This document shows, piece by piece, positions 63,261 to 64,000 of a stretch of DNA of 64,000 nucleotides (position 1 is the first letter of the stretch; every line of letters begins with the position of its first letter). This DNA comes from Alphaproteobacteria bacterium. GTDB taxonomy: Bacteria; Pseudomonadota; Alphaproteobacteria; RF32; CAG-239. The translations under genes and the position numbers were made by a program. The notes beneath the pieces are model-generated. The model did no database searches. It saw nothing but the letters and a program-made list of their open reading frames with translations, and had not been told where the DNA came from. The stretch lies in assembly GCA_045659785.1 (NCBI GenBank), contig JAZRCM010000002.1, positions 68,196 through 132,195 of the forward strand, given 5' to 3'.

Positions 63261-64000
63261 ATGAAATCTAAGCTTGTATATACCCTTTTAGCCGGAACGT
63301 TTTTAACATCTTCGGCCGTTGCGGAAACAACTGAAGTTACCGCAGATTATCTTAACTCACTTACATCCCCTAATATCGCTTGGGATGAAAGTAATAAGTC
63401 TGATTACAGTTCCGTATTGATTGGCGGTAATGAGTTCTTTTTCGGATACACCGGAGATGAAGACAAAGCAGCTATCGGTTTAGGATATGAAGGCTCAGGC
63501 TGGTTAACCGGCGGAGCCTTTTATAACAGTAGCAATATGGGAGATTTAACTGCAGACTTTTTGGAAAACTATTTGTTATCTTCAGATAGTGATGCACTCG
63601 GTGGGGCGATTTATAATGACTACGGTAACATAAATGATATTACAGGTAACTTTGTAGCTAACTACGCAGAAGGCAGTTATGCTTACGGTGGTGCTCTTTA
63701 CAACTATATGGGAGTTATAGACGATATAAACGGCAGTTTTATCGGCAACTATGTTAACGGAAGCAATTATGCATACGGTGGTGCGATTTATAACTACGGT
63801 ATCTCAAATATTGATGATATTACCGGCAGTTTTATCGGCAACTATGCTCGCGGAAGTAATGATGCCTATGGTGGTGCCGTCTTTAATGATTACAATGGTC
63901 TTATAGGAGTAATTACCGGAGATTTCATTAATAACTATGTTCAAGGTGGCGATGCTTATGGCGGTGCGATTTATAACAGAAGTTATATGGGAGACATTAA
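63261..64000 (+). CDS. polymorphic outer membrane protein (Pmp)-repeat passenger domain, probable autotransporter, 3' end outside the window
   Basis: GGGAG SD, signal peptide MKSKLVYTLLAGTFLTSSAVA. At least five ~30-aa repeats with GGA(I/L/V)(Y/F)N plus (F)xxN(Y) (for example YGGAIYNYG...ITGSFIGNY). Open to base 64000, so absent from the track. Confidence 0.75.
   Translation, partial: MKSKLVYTLLAGTFLTSSAVAETTEVTADYLNSLTSPNIAWDESNKSDYSSVLIGGNEFFFGYTGDEDKAAIGLGYEGSGWLTGGAFYNSSNMGDLTADFLENYLLSSDSDALGGAIYNDYGNINDITGNFVANYAEGSYAYGGALYNYMGVIDDINGSFIGNYVNGSNYAYGGAIYNYGISNIDDITGSFIGNYARGSNDAYGGAVFNDYNGLIGVITGDFINNYVQGGDAYGGAIYNRSYMGDI

Overview
64-kb window from an AT-rich Gram-negative genome; hand counts on sampled lines give roughly one-third G+C. 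The backbone gene content and order point to a reduced alphaproteobacterium: a ChpT-type histidine phosphotransferase, dusB-trkA-hfq-hflX, hflK-hflC-degP-holC, gatCAB, trmFO and an AcrAB-type efflux operon. A HydE maturase suggests it is anaerobic. This taxonomic placement is inference, since no database search was possible. About 45 backbone genes, tRNA-Leu(UAG) and tRNA-Pro(GGG) are called.

Accessory content, in order of interest:
- (1) A stand-alone C3/ExoS-type ADP-ribosyltransferase with an intact R-STS-ExE triad and no neighbouring immunity gene.
- (2) Two divergent paralogues (1624 aa and 805 aa) that share a ~460-aa N-terminal module and bracket the fabI-gatCAB block. The larger one carries a glycine-zipper hydrophobic module and a 21-bp coding tandem repeat.
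- (3) About 7 kb of individually terminated orphan genes directly downstream of tRNA-Pro. They include a LOG/SLOG-like Rossmann protein, a divergent LpxA paralogue and a Pmp-repeat autotransporter start. A decayed tRNA-Pro fragment and a strongly structured 240-nt spacer lie upstream of the intact tRNA.
- (4) Six GC-enriched ORFs without Shine-Dalgarno sequences, inserted singly or in pairs between backbone genes. One is missing from the ORF track because it runs off the window edge. I read these as gene-sized foreign acquisitions.
- (5) A 55-aa metallothionein-like ORF, also missing from the track.
- (6) A 1314-aa coiled-coil protein with two N-terminal TM helices, translationally abutted to dusB.

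No integrase, transposase, CRISPR array, rRNA or restriction/defence enzyme was recognised. All family assignments rest on motif recognition by eye and need HMM or structure searches.
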